DNA from: the human T2T-CHM13v2.0 reference genome, Homo sapiens
Length of the DNA stretch: 64,000 nucleotides
NCBI GenBank assembly: GCA_009914755.4
Contig: CP068257.2
Span: 21,472,001 to 21,536,000 of the forward strand
Reading direction: 5' to 3'
The notes below the pieces were generated by a model. The model saw nothing but the letters and a program-made list of their open reading frames with translations, was not told the DNA's origin and did not search any database. A program made the position numbers and the translations under genes. Of this stretch, positions 38,364-54,012 are shown in pieces (within the stretch, counting starts at the first letter, position 1; each line of letters opens with the position of its first letter).

Positions 38364-41204
38364 GCCACAGGGCGTTATTCTTATAGGAACTGACACATAT
38401 TACCAACATTCACAAAGACTGATTAAAATGCCATAATTTAAATTTTACCTTGTAAATATCAATGCAAATGTCATGATATATGCATCTTTAATTATAGCAT
38501 TTTTTTGCCACTCTAAGATATCTATCTTGAAAGTTAAGTTTTAATCAATAAGTTGTTGGTAAGTATGAACTCAGAGGGGAGGACTTTTTTATTTTACATA
38601 TCTCAATGGCAACCAGCTAACTACATACAGAATACCTGCACCTTTACAGTAAGAATATATACCTACTGAGTATCTCCTCTTTTAAAATCTACTGGAGAGG
38701 GCATTTTTCTTTTGGATATGTATAAATGTGAAATGAGTAATTTTCCTTCTAATACCTCTCTGCCTTTTACTTTCATGCTGATTATATCTCTTCTTGAAGT
38801 TGTCTATTGTAAATTGTTAGATAGAGCCTACTTTCAGGCCAATTGCCTTTTTGCAAATTACCCTTAGTGTATCTATTATTAGGTAAATATTTTATTTTGG
38901 CAAACTTACTGCAGATGTTAACTCTTTTATGCTATTAAGATAAAGTCTGAATCAGAAGAGGCAGCAGGGTCCTCCATAATTGTTTCTGAGTTCAATCTCA
39001 TTAAAATAAACCATTTATTAAAGAATTCTCTGAGCTGGAAGACTTACAAGACAGAATCTTATCCCCTTTGTCATATCTTGTTTTTTAATTTCATCTATAA
39101 ACTCCACAAGGCTAATGTATTTAAGCTTTCTCCATGAGCAAACTCTTCAAATAAAGCCTCTCAATTGGCACCTGTTGATATGGCAGGAAATGCAATTTTC
39201 TTTCTTTTTCACTGTAACCTTTTATAAGGAGGGGTATGTACGTGGCTAGGACTTTTCCACTGGAAGATGTTAATAGACAATCCCTCTGAATTTGATCCAT
39301 CTTTACCCACACCAGACCGTTTAAGTCTGACACATAGTTGTAATAGTATTAATTTACTATATTTTTAATGTAAAAGAGAGTATACATAAAGACTGAACCT
39401 TAAAGGACATACTCTAACAGTAGAGTTAACAAAGTCATTATAAAAATCAAACAGTGGGTGAGAAAAATTGTCAGGACTGGGCTTCTTATTGCTGAGTGAA
39501 AGATAGCAAGTTATCAAAGGTGACCCACCATGTGTGACACAGTCTGACAAGAAGAAAGGTCATTTTATGCTGATTATGACTTTTCTATCTGATCTTATGA
39601 GACTTCTACTTCTCTTCCTTAAATAGATGGAGAGTGATAGTGAAGAGATGAAAAAGAGAGATACTTTAGTTCTCTTTGGGAACCTTGGAACTGAAGAAGG
39701 AATGCAGCGTACTGTTTTCTGAAATCTGATACTAGAAAAGACCTAGAGCGATTTGGTAATGATGGGATTTAGTATGTTCTTGAATTCCCTAACTTATATA
39801 TTGGTAAGCATGCTATATTCTGTTTTTAAAATTTTATGCTTTCAACCACATTATCTATACTTTTATGTTTGCACAAGGCAATCAGAAAGATATAAATAAA
39901 ATGTAAAATGATGTGGCTTTTTTAAGAGAAAGCAAAAAAAAGAGAGATTTCCAATAATAAAAAGATGATAAAGTCAAAATATATTTAGTGCATAAGACAA
40001 AGAGGTACACTTAACTCTACTAAATTTGGGGAAATAAACTAATATATTTAAACTGTTTAAAATGGTTTTGCAGGGCTGAAATTTATTTCTAGATTATTTT
40101 AAGTAGATTTCCAGATACTTTTTAAATTTAAAAAAATCAGATTCAGATGACAGATTATAGTTCAAATATCTATGAAGAAAACTACATTTGTAGGAATGAT
40201 TATCATGGATGTTTAGAATAACCAGGTCAAAATTTATTATAAAATAAATGTATGTTTTTACATAACTAAAATTTAATGATATTTATTTTGCTGTAAATGT
40301 AATTTAAATTTACTTACTAAAACATCACATAATTTTTTAAAGTATTTATTTTTTACCATTTTCATAGAGGGTAAGATTTTTTTAACAGATGTCTATAAAT
40401 ACAGATAGAAATCTTTGTATTTTCAAATTTCAGAGTGAAAGGGAGTTCACATTTCTTTTTATTTAAGAGAAAAATTGTGAGTAGTATCTAATCAGGTATG
40501 CAATAGTGGAAATATGCCTATAAAGCTCACGTAGTTAATCATTCATTCAATTATTCTCTCTGATTTCATGTGCTCTTATATATACAACATTTTACAAAGC
40601 TTGTGGCAGATTAAATAACTTTAAAGATTAAGTATGTTTTATATAAGGTTATCCATCATTCAGAGTACATGTGAAAAAGCTTTTGAAAAAAAAAAAAACC
40701 TCAACTACATTAGGCATATTTCACTGACTGATAGCTTTACAGTTAAGATTTGTCAGCATTCCTTTTGTAAATTAAATTAAATTTGATCAAAAGCTCACTC
40801 CTCACGTAGCAAACTGTAACCTAACTTGAGGGTATATTTTTATGAAAGTAAGAAAATCTTGGCCAATTACAGTAGCTGAGCTTTCAGCCAGTCACAGACC
40901 GCCAACTGCCTAGACATGTCCAAATAAGGAAAACACAAGGTGTAACCAATCAGGCTAATTTGTGTGTCACTTCTATTTTCTGTCTATAAATATTGCTGGC
41001 CCAGGTTGCTTGGTGGACCTCATTGAACATTTACTGGTTATAAGTGCTGCCCAATTCATACATGTTTCCTTTGCTCAAATAAACTGCTAAGTTTAATTTG
41101 TCAAAAGTTTTTAGTACTGTGAAGCTTTTGTTTTACGCTTGTTAATGTTTTATTTCATATTTTTCTCTTGTCATGTTTTATTTTATAATTTATTTTTATT
41201 ATAG

Positions 41205-41640
41205 TGAAAAAACACATAAAATGAGATCTGATCCCTTAACAAATGTTTAAGTATACTGTACACCATGAGCACATGTGGTGTAGCAGATTTCGAGAACTTT
41301 CATGTGTGTAACAGAAACTTTATACCCACAAACCGCAACACCCCCAATTCTCTCTCCCCAACCCCTGGCAAACACGATTCTACTTTATGCTTGTATGAGT
41401 TTGTCCATTTTACATACTTCAGTAAAGTGGAATTGTGTAGTAGTTTTTATTCTGCAATTTGGTTATTTCACTTAGAATGACATCTGTAAAACTAACTGAT
41501 GTTTTCACATATGAAAATATTTCTTTTTTAAGATGGAAAAATATTCTATAATATGTATTTATATTTTCTTTATCCATTTATCAGTTGATTGACATTTGGG
41601 TTGCTTCCACATCTTCATTATTGTGAATAATAAATTTTTT
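41205..41640 (-). mobile_element. L1 3' end fragment (antisense)
   Basis: ccaacccctggcaaacacgattctactttatgcttgtatgagtttgtccattttacatacttcagtaaagtggaattgtgtagtagtttttattctgcaatttggttatttcacttagaatgacatc...ttctttatccatttatcagttgattgacatttgggttgcttccacatcttcattattgtgaataat matches the L1 antisense consensus (ccagcccctggcaaccacc...tggacacttaggttgtttccatatcttggctattgtgaataatgc). Confidence 0.7.
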
Positions 41641-43347
41641 TAAAAAAATTATCTATTTCTGAAGTATTAGGACTAAAGTGAGGTTATATCATGGAGATAC
41701 ATTATGGTAAATGGGGACCACATCAGTGGCTAAGGTAAAACAGTACAGTCAGGAAGTCACACATAGAGCTGGGCATTTTTTTTTCAGTACGCATACTTTT
41801 GTCATGGAAGATTACACTACATTGTGATTCTCATCTGGGGATTATTGTTAAGAAGTGGGGCATTTCACAGGGAAAGCAGAAATAATTCAGTATCAAAGTA
41901 AGTTTTGGATTTCACTGCAAATAATAACATAAAATTGAAATAAAATTATTGGCCAACAGGAAATCTATTTCTTAGGATTGCTCCATTCTTAATCATCACC
42001 TCTTTATTTCATCGCTTTCTCAGTTCTAACGTGCTTTTTGTTATGTATATATATTTAATTTACCCATTCATCATTTTCTTTTCTGGGCTTGAAATTGTTA
42101 AACAGGAACTCAAAAATATTTGATGTGACCTATATCAACTGATAGTTAACACTGGGTTATATACATTTTCTCTTGAAATACAACTGAATAAAGAAAATTC
42201 CACAACACATATGAAGAAGTATTGAGGTTCTAAAGAAGAAAATCATTCTGTGGATCTTGAAAAAGTGAACAAATTAAAAGCATTATTACACAATTAATTA
42301 TCTGCCAATAATAACAGAACATATAGAATATTTCTATGTAAACAATATGACGAAGGAAAAGGAAAATATATAAATGGTATGATGAACATTGGATCTCTAA
42401 ATTTGTATAAGAGAAATAAGAAGAAGCAGTATGAAGTTATAAAAGATTTCAAATAGAAAAAATCGTATGAGTCTTGTAAAATTAATGATGGTAACAGTGA
42501 AAGCACATTAGATAGAGAAGGAAATAAATTCCATTTAGTACAATTTCCACAAATTTCCTGAGAATGTAAATATAAATAAGTGAAATAAAATATGAATAGT
42601 GGTTGATTGTTACTGAAGGAACAACATATGTATTTAATATACATCATCTCTATACTACATGACTGAAAGTTGTGAATGGAAATGTCTAATGCTAGAATGT
42701 CTCCTAGAGGTTCAAGTGTCAGAATTTGGTTAGATCTTTACTGAACAGTCCACTGTCCTCGTATCTATGTATATTCTGGTTAACCTGGAAAGTGGCAATA
42801 ATTGGTTTATTTCATTCACATATGCTGAAAGAAAGGGTTATCCTATTGATGTTAACACCAACTAATCTACAAAGAAAGAGAACAAGATAAACAAGAACAA
42901 AATTCAAACTCCTCAAATAAATACTTACTAAATGTTATTACAAATAATTGACTATACATTTAGGGAAAAATTTTTACTATGATTTGCTTAATTTTTTGTC
43001 CCTTTTGTTTGACATTTATATTATGTACTTTTGAGTAAATTATATGAGTAATTGTTATTCTTATATTTTTAATGAAAAGTCAAATTATAGTTTTCAAACT
43101 ATATCAGACATAAATATGTTGAATTTTCATAAATCCATTATTTTTTAAGACATGGACATTTACATTTATTTCTATAGAAATATTTTTCCTTTTTTAGTAT
43201 GTGATTCAACTGTCACTTAACCTCTCTGTCTCCTAGGGACTCCCACTGCTTTGCTGGTTGCTTTACTTCTCAGCCTCCATAACATCATGGACACATGTCA
43301 TTTTTATCTACCATATATTTATTAATAAGTTATCTACTTATGTCTAA

Positions 43348-43564
<217 letters not shown>

Positions 43565-45585
43565 TGATCCATCACAGTACATCTAGTGACTGTTAAAAAT
43601 TTGTTTAATGAGTAGGTGTTATCTTCAGAGTGAGGATGAAGGGAAGTATTTAGTTTAAAGCGACTTTTACATCAAAACATTTCAATTACAGCTATAATAA
43701 TTACAAATTGCGAAATCTTAGGGAAAATACATTATGTTTTTCCTCACTTGCAGACTCTGATAATTATGTTTTCTATGGTATGCTCTTTTGGATGTTTACT
43801 TTCTTCGCTGTACTAAATATTCGGGGAAGAAAAATCTTTGTTTATTCCCAAGTGTTAATCTTTTGGGGGCTACCCGATTGTGTTACTTCCATTTCCCTTG
43901 CAAGAGATTGACTTAGAATGGAACATGAGATCTCCTCCTGGCAATTAAGGTGCTGGTGGAAATCTGTGAAGAAGGAACTCTGATTTCTATGAACATTTTC
44001 GAAGTCTCTGTATGTGGAGTGTAGAAATGGGTTGCCTAGAACTACTGTAGTCATCTTTGGACGATGCAGTGAGGTAGCTGGCATGCAAACCGTTAAACAC
44101 CATCTTGTTTGAGTAATAAACTGACAGACTATGTTTGCAGTTGGAGTGAATTCTAATTGAATGTTATTATATATTATCTCACACTTTAATTTTTCACTCT
44201 TGATTTTTATTTTTCAGCATCTATACTCATATAATGCGGTGTCTAAGCACACATTTTTTAAAATGTATTATGTTTTCTACCTTCTTTACATATTAATGAC
44301 AAATATTTTGTTTGTATTTCTAGTATGTATTGCTTTAACTTTTTGCTCCCCTCACCCTTTTCTCTCTGTCTCTCTCTCAGGTAACATTAAGCTCTTCTTA
44401 GGAAGCATTCTTTTACATCCAATTACTATCTTAAAAAATAACATACTATACTCTTAGTCTTGCTCCTAGTTCTGTTTTTTTCTGTATCTATCTTCATGGA
44501 AACATACTAGCAGAGGGGCTAGACAATGCTGGAGAGATTGATTTGAGGTTATTGGCCAATGATCAGTTTCCAGATAAAAAATGCAAACATACTATTTACC
44601 AAGCTATGGGAAACCTGCAAAAAGGAAAAGAGAAGTCCTCTGATCACTCAGAAATTAGAGTAATGTGTGGAGTTTATCTTTTGGGGCCGTAATTTCTGTG
44701 TGAAGACTGGCTGACTTAAAGGGCCAGGAGTGGGGTGGGCACCAACTAAATCAATTCATTTTGTGAAGATTGTGGAATGTGCATTTACCACTATCACCGT
44801 AAATTACTTTTAACAGCATTTGTTTCACCTTACATTACACTTAAGTTATCAATAAATTCCCTCTTCAGGCAATGCTTAGAATTCAAGTATAGTTTTTTCT
44901 TGCCAAAATTTATCTAACTAAATGTTTATTCCTAAATAGATTAGTAACAAATAAAAATAAATCAGATAAATAAACTGGACAGTAAGATGTTGAAAGATGA
45001 ATTGAAAGGTTAATTTTTTGTAGAGTTCTCCTAAAATCTCACTTACAAGAGCTGAAGGAATAAAAAGCAGTCTTCTAATAGCAAAAGCAATTTTATTGTC
45101 CTGAGTACCTGCCAAGGACAAAAATGTGTTTCTTGTTTTATTAACATTTGCTTTACAACTACAAAGCAATTGGGATCATAAGCAATACATCTCCCCCTTC
45201 TGGTGAGGTGAGTTTTGCTGTGGGTAAGTCAAAGAAAAGCAAGTCTCATTTTTGTAATTTTCAGGAAGATTGATCCATAAAACTAGGAGTGAGAAGCAAG
45301 AAAATATTGACTGAGACCTGATATCCAGTAAAGCTATGTGGCACAGCCTTGCAGACTCTCGTGGCATATTGAAAAATAGCTCACCTTCTTGGAATTTTTT
45401 TTTTTTTTTCCAAAACGTGAAGAGTCACTATATTTGCATTCATCGATCAGCCACACAGCCATCATAATGCAAGTGTTTTGTCATCTTGAATATAATGTAC
45501 TGGAAGGAAATGAGACAAGGGTAAATGACTTTAATGGTTTTCAACCTTTCACAGGACAGTCTTTACTATCATGGCTACTAGTTTG

Positions 45586-45865
45586 ACAATTTCTATTTAG
45601 TCATAACAAAAATGGGATTGTATGTGAAATGTGTTTTTCCATTAATCAATACTACTCAAGCCCTGCTCTTATTTATTATACCAAAAAGTAACTTAAAATT
45701 TTAACATATCACTCTTTCTACTTGCTTGATAAATTTCTATTTAGTCATAGCAAAAATGAGATTGTATGTGAAATGTGTTTTTTCATTATACGATACTTCT
45801 CATACCCTGCTCTTGTTTATTATAGTAAAATGTAACTTAAAATCTTAAAATATCACTCTTTCTAC
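45586..45865. repeat. Local tandem duplication, 2 copies of roughly 135 bp (about 88% identical)
   Basis: caatttctatttagtcataacaaaaatgggattgtatgtgaaatgtgtttttccattaatcaatactactcaagccctgctcttatttattataccaaaaagtaacttaaaattttaacatatcactctttctacttgcttgataa is followed by atttctatttagtcatagcaaaaatgagattgtatgtgaaatgtgttttttcattatacgatacttctcataccctgctcttgtttattatagtaaaatgtaacttaaaatcttaaaatatcactctttctacttgttataaa. Confidence 0.8.
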
Positions 45866-48834
45866 TTGTTATAAAAATAAACATCACATCATACTCATCC
45901 TCTGAAATGTCTTTTACATGTGTCCCTTTCTGTCTAGTCTTGCTGATACTGTATTGGCCTGCACCATTGAATTCATTCTGAGGCCGACTGGAGCACAGGC
46001 TTTCCAATGATCCCTTCATAATTGGCTTTTGACTTACCCACTAACTGATTTTTCCTGAAATTTAGGATTTCTTATTGTGTCACTCTGCAGCTTTAAAATA
46101 TTAATTGACTCTATATAGTAAATATTGCTGAGGTTTGTAATTCTGCCTTTCAAAGCCTTGATAGTTTTTATCACTGTGCTGACTCAATTGTATCACTCCC
46201 TAATTTTCTGACTTGCAGTTTTAAGTTACAAACAACTCATTTTAGAGGAAGTAACTCTTGTACACATAAACCACCATAGTTTTTCATATTCTCATGACTT
46301 CATTTGATTTCCTGTCTCTTAAAATCCTCCTGTCTTTACTCTTCTTCCAGTCCCCACATCAGTTAAGGATGAACTGAAAGTCAAGCTTTCTTAGGAATCA
46401 TGCTTTGGAATCTCTTCTGTAAAGCCTCAATAGTGTCTTCTTTCAGCATTGCTCATAGGAGCATAAAGCTCTATTCAGTGGAATGGTTTATTGCATGTGT
46501 ATTGCTTCCCAGTGGGGTCGTGTGTACAAAAGCCAAGACTGTAGAGTCAGTGTGAGAGAGGACAGGGTACATACATTTCCTCAAGCTTCATGAGGGCAGG
46601 GAAATTATATACACATCTTTATTCCCTTCATAGAATTAATGCCAGTAAGGAAACGTATTTTGGGTTGTTTTTATTTGTTTGAAGTAGTGGGATATTTTGG
46701 ACAAATGCAATTTAAAGAAGATTATGGCAGGAATAAAGCATGTTGACTTTAAGCTGTAACTACTCATTGTTTGTCTGTGCAGTACCTAATGTCATGACTC
46801 ACATCCCCTCCTCAAGGACTACAGTTTCGTTTACAGCCTAGTGTGACTGCAATGAAATTCAGTCTATGTCAGCGAACCTGTCAAATTCAACATCATGTCC
46901 TGTCATTGTCTCCAGAGCAATGAGGTGTTACTGTGATTGATCTGCATAGTTGCCAAATACTTGACATCATTCAGCTATGCCCTGAGCTTTGAATGAGTTC
47001 ATGGTTATCAAACAACATATATGTATATATATGAAACTATTTAACTGGAAAGTCTTGTGGCATTAATATTACTAAATCCATTGTGATTTGTGCCAAATGT
47101 GTTTAAAAAGTGTAATCTGTGATATTGAATGGGATATTTGGGCTTTAAGTTATATTTCAAAATTTTGTATAGCTACAGTGTACTAACTCATCTTTAGGAA
47201 ACAAAGTTCTATTTTCACTGCCCTATGATAAAACTTTTAAAATTTCATTTCAAATTGTTAAAAAGTGGCAATTATAAAAGCATAAAAGGTTTTACAGAAT
47301 AATGTGTAATATTAATATTTCTACATACAAATGACTTTTTGGAACATTTTACTCATTCCTAGCTCAAATGCATGAATGATTTTTTGTGAAAAAATTAAAG
47401 TCTTGTATTAAAAGAAGCTAGTTTTACTCATTTCATTGTCATTATGTCTAAGGAGAAATAATAATTATTTAAAATAATTTAATTAATTTTTTGTATCACA
47501 TTTCCTCAAATTTCTGATTTTGTTATTCTACAACAAACCAGTATTTTATGCATCATGAATGAAGGAAACATAGATACTTCCAATAGGATCATGATATAAT
47601 TTTTTATAATAATTTAATAGTTGCACATTTGGTGAAAAATCCATTTCACTCTTAGAGACTTATAAAATTACATATTACTCTTGAGATGACTAAGAAAGAT
47701 GTGATGAATGAAGTTATTCAGTTAATGTATTTCTAAAAATCTTTCTGTTGATAATTAAATTCTCCTGAATCAATTTTTGATTGAGTTGTTGATATTTATA
47801 TTTTTATATACTATTATCTTAAGATATCTTACATTTTAAGAATCAAAATTCTTAAGAGGGCTTAATTACTGACTCTGAGGTTTCTTAATATTGTGACACC
47901 TATTTTGCAAGTTTATGTGTATTCAAGCAGACAATATCAATTACATAATGCCTATCAACAGCCACTAAGTGATTGTAAGGTCAATTCTGATTTCATGTAT
48001 ATTGAAATGTGAGAAAAACGTGTAGCCTTAAAGGATGAAATAAAATGTAATAGTGTTTTCCTTCCATTTACGAACAAATTTAATGTAAATAATTTAATTT
48101 CAGACAATATTTTGTAAAAATACATTTGTTGAAAAATTGTTTTGGCATTCTTCCCGAATATAACTTTGTCACTGTTTTCTTTTTCAGCCTTCGCTGCAGA
48201 GGCAGCTTATTCTTATCAAATACCCCTTAGGTTTTTGTGTAGATGTATTTTACTTAATTTATCTCTTATAATTAACTTGGGGTCACGTGGCTAAGTTCTT
48301 GCTAAAAGACTGTGAGCAAAGGGAAGGCATATACCTCTGGGTTAAGGCTGTTAAGATCCAGTGTGCCTCCTACTTCCTTCCCTTTCAATCTCGTGGAGAC
48401 CTTGGAATCTACACATGGGAAGACAGTAATACAAAGTGTGTAGCCTGGATTCTTCAAGTGCGTGATGCTTGATAAGCTTACCTCGGTAAACAGCTTATTT
48501 TTCAAAAGCACTGATTTTGGCATTTTTCTCTGTTTATGCTGATCTAGGTAATGACGCTGATGGCAAATTTCTATATAAGTTGGGTCCTATAGTTTATAAA
48601 CTGTGAAATTTATCATCATTGAAATATGAGATTTTGGAATTGAACAAAATAATCTCCTTCTGGTAAATACTTAACATATTTGTGAGCTGAGATAATTTTA
48701 ATTTTGAAGGAAAAGAAATTACCACCAGTTACATAGATGATATTGGGAACCAAGAATGGTTACTCTCCCTGCTGCTGCTATGTAAGCCATACCTTCTGAT
48801 TCTGCTTCTAAGTCAACAAGTAAAAAACATAAAA

Positions 48835-49184
<350 letters not shown>

Positions 49185-51668
49185 TTAAATATGAAACGTT
49201 ACACTTTGGATAGGTTAGAAGCATCCAAATATATATGACAAATATATTTTGTTTATTATAAGCCCCAAAAGGCTAACAGATAAAGAGTTTAACGGAACAG
49301 TACATCATTCCATTTGGTTACTTAAAAGATATAAGTCTTATTTTTCCTTTCTTATAATAACTTCACAATTGATGGCATTACAGGCAAAAATTTTTTTTAA
49401 AGAAGTGTAATACAGTCTCACCAGCAGGTTGTCCCTTGCCTCTAGCCTTTCTGTTCTTGCCTCAGTTTGCCTTCTTTGTGTGAAGCCTGAGAGTATGAAC
49501 AGGTGAATGTCATCCTATGCCAAGGGTTGAGTTGCAGCTCTTAAATCATTCCCTCATATTGAATAAAAAATAAATACACACCTGTCAGATATACACATAC
49601 ACAAACACACACACACACAAAGCTTAAGTGGACGTACAGATTTTAATTGTATCCTCCATGGATTATTTAGGGGACACCTGCATAATTTGAATATTTAGGC
49701 CACTTTTAGATGATGCTAATACTTTGAAACTGCTTATCATTCACTTTAAGGACTGTTGTCCATGAGACTTAAAGCATTTAAAACTTTAAATTTATGTCAT
49801 TGAGCCACTTACAGCACATAGACCATTTATTATAGATTTAATTCACTTTTTGGGAAATTTTGTGATTAATCTGAAATGATAATAAGTTTACAACAGACTT
49901 AGAGTGTGATTTATGAAATATTTCTTTCAATATCAACTTTGCTGCATTTTATCAAAAAACATTTGGTCTGGAAGCAATTAAAAATGTAAATGATTATTAT
50001 AGGCACATAGTGCAGTACTCACTTAAAGAAGGTTACACTTTAGGGCCATTTCTGACTTTTCTTAAGTAAAATAATTTTGCACTTAAAAAACTAAAATCAA
50101 ATTACCAAGCAGTGTTGGTCGCCATTAATTTTATAGTGTAAAGATTAATTCTCTTTTATTTTATGATTTGTAAGGTGTAATATTAGGAATAAATTGCAAT
50201 TGCTAATTCGATCTTAGGTTAAATAAAAAGAAAATGGCTTTTTCATGGTGTTCAAGACGAAGCATAAGGTATAGAGAAAAGTGTCACTGAAGATTTCGTA
50301 CTTTTAAGAAATCGTGTAATTTTCATCGGAATCATCAAGCATCACATTACAAATGACATTTAGCTATCTAGATCAGCTTATAAAATCTTTACTAAAGGAA
50401 ATTTTGAGATCATTTCGGATAATGTGAAATAAATTATAAATTGAGCTGACAATTTCATTAAAGAGATTGAAAATTTTATATATTTGTTTAATTTTCCATA
50501 TAATGGCCTTCACTTTTTACACAATAGCTTAGGAATTTAAACAATTTTTAAAGACACCCTATAGTTTGTGAAAATATTTTTAGAACCACTGAACTTCAAG
50601 AAATTGTTTTGATGTAATCTCCCACTGTGAGAGCAAAATTCTGTAGCCATATAAACACTGGTATCATAAACAAAAACATTATTATCTTATTGATTAATGA
50701 ACCTATTAATTTATTCATTTGTTTATTGAGTAAGTACTTTCTATTGTCCACATGACTCAGTACTCAGTTATAAAATCATATCACGTGCATGTCTACTTCT
50801 TTCTTATACTGCTGAAATACTTAAAAAATGATATCTTGAAAGCAGATTTTTAAATGATGTCTACTTCCCCTACATTACTGGTAAGAAGTTGAAAATTAAC
50901 AGAATGCTGCCACGTGATTTCATTTCAACATCCTAGATCTGGGTGCTATTCTTAAATATTTGTCAATTCCAAAAAACTAAGTTTTACATGTCTTTCCAAT
51001 CACCCAGCTTACACCTAAATTCCCTTCTGTCAAGTATAACCCAGCTATTTTGTAATCCTTTTTTTGTGCTCAAATCTGCTCATTTTTTTCTAAATTCTTT
51101 ATTTTTGTTTCCACCATTCCAGCAGTCATTTTAACCTCAGTCCCACACTGAGCTTAGATTTCTAACTGTAGTTTGTCTGCTTAGTCTCTCTCATACTTAT
51201 TTCTTTGATTTATTGTTGATTCTGAGTGCTTCATGTAACTAGTAAAACTTTATATAGCATTTTTATTATTACAAAAATCCATCTATGTTAATTATAGAAA
51301 GCTTAGCATATACAGGTGAGACAGTATAAAAATTATCTATCACCTTTGCACTATGTATTCAAGTATTGCTAAACATTTTCTCCACCTCTTGTTCTTTTCA
51401 TCCATAAATCTACCTCGCTTCTAAATAATCGTATAAAACATTGTAGCATACATTTATATGAGCCTTGTGATTTAATCTAAGTATAAAAATTTATGTTTTA
51501 TTCAATTTTATGAATATTTATGCTGTAGTTATTTAGTCCTAGTTTTGGGCACTTAGATGACTTCCAAATGTTGAATTTACTAAAAACATGAAGCAATGAC
51601 AAATGTGCATTTTTATGATTTCCTTCTGATTAAGAGTTAGAAGGATTCTGTATTAAAAGATAGGAACA

Positions 51669-52815
51669 GTTTTCCTGCATATGGCTAGCCAGTTTTCCCA
51701 ACATCATTTATTAAATAGGGAATCCTTTCCCCATTGCTTCTTTTTGTCAGATTTGTCAAAGATCAGATGATTGTAGATGTATGGTGTTATTTCTGAGGCC
51801 TCTGTTCTGTTCCATTGGTCTGTATGTCTGTTTTGGTACCAGTACCATGCTGTTTTGGTTACTGTAGCCTTGTAGTGTAGTTTGAAGTCAGGTAGTGTGA
51901 TGCCACCAGCTTTGCTGTTTTGCTTAGGATTGTCTTGGCTATACAGGCTTTTTTTTTTTTTTTGGTTCCATATAAAATTTAAAGTAGTTTTTTGTAATTA
52001 TATGAAGAAAGTCAATGGTAGCTTGATGGGAATAACATTGAATCTATAAACTACTTTGGGCAATATGACCATTTTCACAATATTTATTCTTCCTATTGGT
52101 GAGCATGAAATGTTTTTTTCATTTTTTTGTGTCTCTTATTTCCTTGAGCAGTGGTTTCTTGAAGAAGTCCTTCATATGCCTTGTAAGTTGTATTCCTAGG
52201 CATTTTATTCTCTTTGTAACAATTGTGAATGGGAGTGCACTCATGATTTGGCTCTCTGTCTATTATTGGTGTATAGGAATGCTTGTGATTTTTACACATT
52301 GATTTTGTATCCTGAGATTTTGTTGAAGTTGCCTTATCAGCTAAAGGAGATTTTGGGCTGAGACGATGGGGTTTTCTAAATATACAACCTTGTCATCTGT
52401 AAACAGAGACATTTTTACTTCCTCTTTTCCTATTTGAATACCTTCCTCTTGCATGATTGCCCTGGCCAGAACTTCCAATACTGTGTTGAATAGAAGTGGT
52501 AAGAGAGGGCATCCTTGTCTTGTGCTGGTTTTCAAAGGGAATGCTTCCAGCTTTTGTCCATTGAGTATGATATTGGCTGTGGGTTTGCCATAAATAGCTC
52601 TTATTATTTTGAGATATGTTCCATCAATACCTAGTTAATTAAGAGTTTTTGGCATGAAGGGGTGTTGAATTTTATCAAAGGCCTTTTCTGCATCTATTGA
52701 GATAATCATGTGATTTCTGTCATTGGTTCTGTTTATGTGATGGATTATGTTTATTGATTTGTGTATGCTGAACCAGCCTTGCATCCCAGGATGAAGCTGA
52801 CTTGATCATGGTGGA
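51669..52815 (-). mobile_element. L1 (L1PA/PB-type) ORF2 RT-region segment, inverted 5' part of a twin-primed L1 insertion
   Basis: Antisense L1 ORF2: ccttgtcatctgtaaacagagacatttttacttcctcttttcctatttgaatacc (minus-strand [33 protein letters not shown]) ... ggtaccagtaccatgctgttttggttactgtagccttgtagtgtagtttgaagtcaggtagtgtgatgcc. Its sense 3' end (…NWLAICRK) lies immediately upstream, in L1 coordinates, of the start of the adjoining sense segment. Confidence 0.9.
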
Positions 52816-54012
52816 CCCCTCCCTTACAACTTATACAAAAATTAACTCAAGATGAATTAAAGATTTAAACGTAAGACCTAAAACCATAAAATCCCTAGAC
52901 GAAAACCCAGGCAATACCATTCAGGACATAGGCATGGGCAAAGACTTCATGACTAAAACAACAAAAGCAATGGCAACAAAAGCAAACATTGACAAATGGG
53001 ATCAAATTAAACTAAAGAGCTCCTCCATAGCAAAAGAAACTATCATCAGAGTGAACAGGCAGCCTACAGAATGGGAGAACATTTTTGCAATCTATCCATC
53101 TGACAAAGGGCTAATATCAAGAATCTACAAAGAACTTAAACAAATTTACAGGAAACAAACAAACAACCCCATTAAAAAGAGGGTGAAGGATATGAACAGA
53201 CACTTCTCAAAAGAAGACATTTATGTGGCCAAAAAACATATGAAAAAAAAGCTCATCATCACTGGTCATTAGAGAAATGCCAATCAAAACCACAATGAGC
53301 TATCATCTCACACCAGTTAGAATGGCGATCATTAAAAAGTCAGGAAACAACAGATGCTGGAGAGTATGTGGACAAATAGGAACACTTTTACACTGTTGGT
53401 GGGAGTGTAAATTAGTTCAACCCTTCTGTAAGATATTGTGTTGATTCCTCAAAGAGCTAGAACCAGAAATATCATTTGACCCAGCAATCCCATTACTGGG
53501 TATATACCCAAAGGATTATAAATCATTCTACTATAAAGACACATGCACACATATGTTTAATGCAGCACTATTCACAATAGCAAAGACTTGGGACCAACTC
53601 AAATGCCCATCAATGATAGACTGGATATAGAAAATGTGGCACATATATGCCATGGAATACTATGCAGCCTTAAAAAAGGATGAGTTTATGTCCATTGCAG
53701 AGACATGGATGAAGCCGGAAACCTTCATTCTCTGCAAAATAACACAGGAACACAAAAGCAAACACCGCATGTTCTCACTCATAAGTGGGAGTTGAACAAT
53801 GAGAAAACATGGACAGAGGGAGGGGAACATCACACATCAGGGCCTGTTGGGTGGTGAGCAGCTAGGGGAAGGATAGCATTAGGAGAAACACCTAATGTAG
53901 ATGACAGGTTGATGGGTGCAGCAAACCACGATGGCATGTGTATACCTATGTAACAAACCTGCACGTTCAACACATGTATCCTAGAACTTAAAGTATAATT
54001 TAAAAAAAAAAA
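52816..54012 (+). mobile_element. L1 ORF2 C-terminus + 3'UTR + poly-A, direct 3' part of the same L1 insertion
   Basis: The plus ORF 52934..53272 reads [105 protein letters not shown] (L1 ORF2 consensus [53 protein letters not shown]...). It ends ...atgtaacaaacctgcacgttcaacacatgtatcctagaacttaaagtataatttaaaaaaaaaaa. Confidence 0.92.

Noticed and set aside
39595-39725. Possible exon: polypyrimidine tract + AG (tctcttccttaaatag) followed by ATGGAGAGTGATAGTGAAGAGATGAAAAAG...
   Set aside because: It is only a 33-codon ORF before a stop, with no downstream donor in frame. Such motifs occur by chance at this frequency, and I recognise no homology.
42294-42647. 117-aa minus-strand ORF
   Set aside because: It is a low-complexity, F/L/Y-rich product from AT-rich sequence. 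I found no splice, codon-usage or homology support.
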